From an uncultured bacterium (lineage in GTDB: Bacteria; Krumholzibacteriota; Krumholzibacteriia; LZORAL124-64-63), in NCBI GenBank assembly GCA_963732385.1, contig CAVSZB010000003.1, forward strand, positions 128,001 to 192,000: DNA of 64,000 bases, in the 5' to 3' direction. Positions 62,201 through 64,000 of this stretch are shown piece after piece. Every line of letters starts with the position of its first letter. Within the stretch, counting starts at the first letter, position 1. The notes beneath the pieces were generated by a model, which was given only the letters and a program-made list of their open reading frames with translations, had not been told where the DNA came from and made no database searches. A program made the position numbers and the translations under genes.

Positions 62201-62396
62201 CCATGATATAAACTGTATCGGCCGCAGCCTTGCCGCTGCTTATGGGCCCGCCAGAAAGTATGCTGGTGTCGGCGCCCCTGGCGTCAAATATGTGACGCTG
62301 GGCCTGTTGACTGTCATCCCTGGAAGAATCGTCAGCGATAGCGAGGCTGGCGAAGAGCGCCAGAGACAGACATACGGTAAATGTGAGTCTCTTCAT
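59265..62396 (-). CDS. Large secreted protein of unknown function with FlgD-Ig/T9SS-like CTD
   Basis: Signal peptide MKRLTFTVCLSLALFASLAIA; NFPNPFNP...KMTLVK; Asp/Gly/Trp-rich beta domains. Confidence 0.85.
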   Translation of the reverse strand: MKRLTFTVCLSLALFASLAIADDSSRDDSQQAQRHIFDARGADTSILSGGPISSGKAAADTVYIMGGPARLDGKFQTALGVADDQGWTGKDYTNMTAIWHISDYNCANLDPLGAANLAMWCGEVFSGSCSPEDPLEGYDNNYNLWLDWYGQVVDNTVPTDVTVRAIFNSNSEKRYDYLILQVEKLGVMEQAKPTSAWDGVNVAVAVAVAFTVEPDSYVGDLNNEIHLRWLGFSDGGWSDGDCFWPSNGLAQLDNIEVLFGKLHAEVRQTYDTFQPGDPVHWVNVKPPYVGEFHKVWPLLGDADECNTNSTPQMAFIDDGIVVPGTGGTQCTTWNYGPGGWGVTTTGGLAGDTYAINNNVWSPVMEWPGGADGGYDGANYTWDNYTHLPLSNGIFYFFGIRTSMDGGLTWPGGWKDFNTVYYGGGLASYGRFPYATPVTALLNAGRNAVQISLGVNETWPDDYLGNDNTPAPYFDNVMLCAFPFYGPTITVLGAWDLFNDGWPENPEIDYADLTKNSVRVDIAQNIDTLESDIGDSVVVTVKAVRNGAVLTGRPTMHVKMKMNPLFDSTCRTAIPAGFTQDGNYLYGTVVGDTVWNTSVPPVRLPNLYQFDLPDTGFFFPGDSFHYYFRAEDSVGGVPGVTHMPRDTTGFAYFPGDLHYDSYRYYELYKIDALPTLITAEKDVGQPHLLFWDDSQDRANQDEWFAALDNLGFRQGIDYDIYCNAGPSSGLGNGLGGRTNALQMSGYNTLLYTPGNLGSITLSNGDIKKADSGNDIYVVDSWLQQGGKNFFATGDNIIQDLSASGVNAVAFRDKWFGVTYNNFYLAPLIGGQLTPHVSPITVADAPVLTKPYMVQGGCEGGINDFDAITVVAPAVRIAQFTSPTGALGVYPYAAAVYNNVTANTARVVFMPYDLSYIWNGAPTGGLPVRTQILQDVLAFFGHLPGGAAVGVTPEAVFTARNFPNPFNPSTKIEFTLPAKSQVELKIYNVRGELVKTLLNENMDATTHSVIWDGRNSTGQSVSSGVYFYSLKAGSYEKMEKMTLVK

Positions 62397-63047
62397 GTTT
62401 TCCCCCAAACGTTGATCAAATCAACGCAATCAAGGTTGCGCACACGTCACCGGCCGCCACTCACTCAGCCGGGCGCAATTCAAGGGAGGCCAAAGTTCAT
62501 TCCCGCACAGTTGCGCGGCGCAAAGCCGGGCGAGAAATGAAGCTTACCTCCTTCGAATTGGAACGTGGGCGTATGGAACTTAGCAACAGTACCGAATGTC
62601 AAGTGCGCGGACGGCTGAGAGAGTGGAACCCAAAGACAGCGCGCATTGCACGAACTTTTGCCCATGAGCCACTACATGAGTCACAAAGGTGAGATTGGCC
62701 TCCTTTTCGTTTTGTGTGTTTGGTGCGGTCGCAAAAGCATCCTTCTCCAAACCCTCCCTAACCTCAATGCCAGGCCAAGACCGGAATGGTCCAGACAGCA
62801 GCGCGGCACTGACGATAGGCCCAGCAGCAGGTCGGCGAGGATGGTATTGCAGAGTCTTCCCGTCGGGCTTTGCCCGCGGGAATCAGCGAGGATCCTCAGA
62901 TTACCAGATTGCCCTTCCCTCTGTCAACGGTCCCCTGCATGGAAGTGGGGAATAACTTCACTGCTTATTATTAAACTTGCCGTTTCGCCATATATAAGAA
63001 CCTTTTAGGTTTGGCATTGTCTCGAGTTGTGAAATCCCCGGATCGGG

Positions 63048-63120
63048 CGCACCAACAGAAGCGGCCCCCCCGTGCGGGGGGGCCGCTCCCTTCAGACTCG
63101 GCCGTGAAGCAACCGGATTA
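63048..63120 (+). repeat. 73-bp direct repeat, copy 2, abutting the IS110 left end
   Basis: Identical to 59195-59267; identity stops after CGGATTA. Confidence 0.95.
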
Positions 63121-64000
63121 GACATAATGGAACGGCTGGGCCCCTCGGGTATCGTGTGTTAGTCCGCACGGACCAGGGACACTAGGGAGCCGAAACTCCC
63201 GCTCACGAAAGGACCCAGCCATGACACACGATAGCACAGCGACCGTTTGGGTGGGCATGGATGTTCACCAGGAGTCCATCACCGCGGCGATCCTCTTTGG
63301 AGACAAGGACATCCCGGAGATTGTCCGGTTGCCAGGGGACCTCAACGCGGTTCGCCGGCTCTTCCGCCGCTTGACCAAGCAGGGCTCCCCGCGGGCATGC
63401 TACGAGGCCTCGGGTGCAGGCTACGTCCTGCAGCGGGCCCTGGACCACGATGGGTTCCAGTGCGAGGTGATCGCCCCGAGTCTGATCCCCCGCTGCCCGG
63501 GCGATCACCGCAAGACCGATCGCCTGGATGCCGTGCGCTTGGCGCGCATGTATCGCAGCGGCCATCTGCGGGCGGTGACGATACCAGATGAGGAGCAAGA
63601 GGCGGTACGCCAGCTCGTGCGATGCCGACTGTCGCTGCAGCGTCAGATCGTGCGCAGCAAGCATCGGATCGTCCGGGTGCTGGCTACCCACGGACATCGT
63701 TTCACCGGGACCAAAAGCAATTGGACGAAGCAGCATCGCGCCTGGCTGGCCACGTTGCGCCGCGAGATGACGGGCCCGCTGCAGACGGTCCTGGCCTACG
63801 ACCTCGACCACCTGGAGTACCTCGAGTCTCAGCAGCGGTCGCTCGACGCCGAGATCGAGCAGTGGTCCTGTCGCGAGCCCTGGCGGGCGACCGTCGAGGC
63901 GCTGCAGTGCTTCCGCGGCATCAAGACCCTGACGGCGATGACGTTGGTCACCGAGATCGGAGACATCCGTCGCTTCAGTCACCCGGACCGGCTGATGGGG
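63121..64000 (+). mobile_element. IS110-family insertion sequence (left end; truncated by the window)
   Basis: Boundary inferred from where identity with the empty-site copy ends; CATAAT -10-like box at 63123-63128; transposase follows. Confidence 0.85.
63221..64000 (+). CDS. IS110-family DEDD recombinase/transposase (3'-partial; not in the ORF track)
   Basis: Manual translation MTHDSTATVWVGMDVHQESI...CYEASGAG...KTDRLDA...FRGIKTLTAMTLVTEIGDIRRF; open to the window end. Confidence 0.93.
   Translation, partial: MTHDSTATVWVGMDVHQESITAAILFGDKDIPEIVRLPGDLNAVRRLFRRLTKQGSPRACYEASGAGYVLQRALDHDGFQCEVIAPSLIPRCPGDHRKTDRLDAVRLARMYRSGHLRAVTIPDEEQEAVRQLVRCRLSLQRQIVRSKHRIVRVLATHGHRFTGTKSNWTKQHRAWLATLRREMTGPLQTVLAYDLDHLEYLESQQRSLDAEIEQWSCREPWRATVEALQCFRGIKTLTAMTLVTEIGDIRRFSHPDRLMG

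Noticed and set aside
63159..63166. TTAGTCCG in the IS left end as a guide for the target CGGATTAC
   Set aside because: Only a partial match with a wobble and a mismatch, and it overlaps a hairpin stem. This cannot be told from chance without homologue covariation.
1..64000. CRISPR arrays, tRNA and rRNA genes
   Set aside because: No regularly spaced repeats and no recognisable tRNA or rRNA sequence found by eye. A covariance search was not possible.

Overview
GC-rich bacterial chromosome segment. Several secreted proteins carry a 'PNPFNP...K(M/L)xLVK' FlgD-Ig/T9SS-like C-terminal domain, which suggests an FCB-associated candidate lineage such as Krumholzibacteriota or Latescibacterota (inference). 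The first half holds an FGE-sulfatase-domain gene, a CDF transporter, two hexapeptide acetyltransferases with an SGNH lipoprotein, sat, a TetR-controlled RND efflux operon, spmAB, DUF2797 with two tandem Smr genes, folM-like/folB/folK, an orphan GroES, an RsbW/STAS pair and an S9 peptidase. The centre is a tightly coupled five-gene operon: a His-rich inner-membrane protein, 20-heme and 19-heme cytochromes c, an outer-membrane beta-barrel, and a membrane-anchored ferredoxin-flavoprotein. It looks like a complete cytoplasm-to-surface electron conduit. The second half holds a glycosyltransferase-like gene split at a G8 tract, S8 and M6 secreted proteases, ResB/CcsA, rlmH, an 11-subunit complex I operon without nuoEFG, an M48 peptidase and a 1043-aa secreted protein. 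The window ends in an IS110 element, absent from the ORF track, inserted exactly at the end of a perfect 73-bp copy of that last gene's stop codon and terminator.
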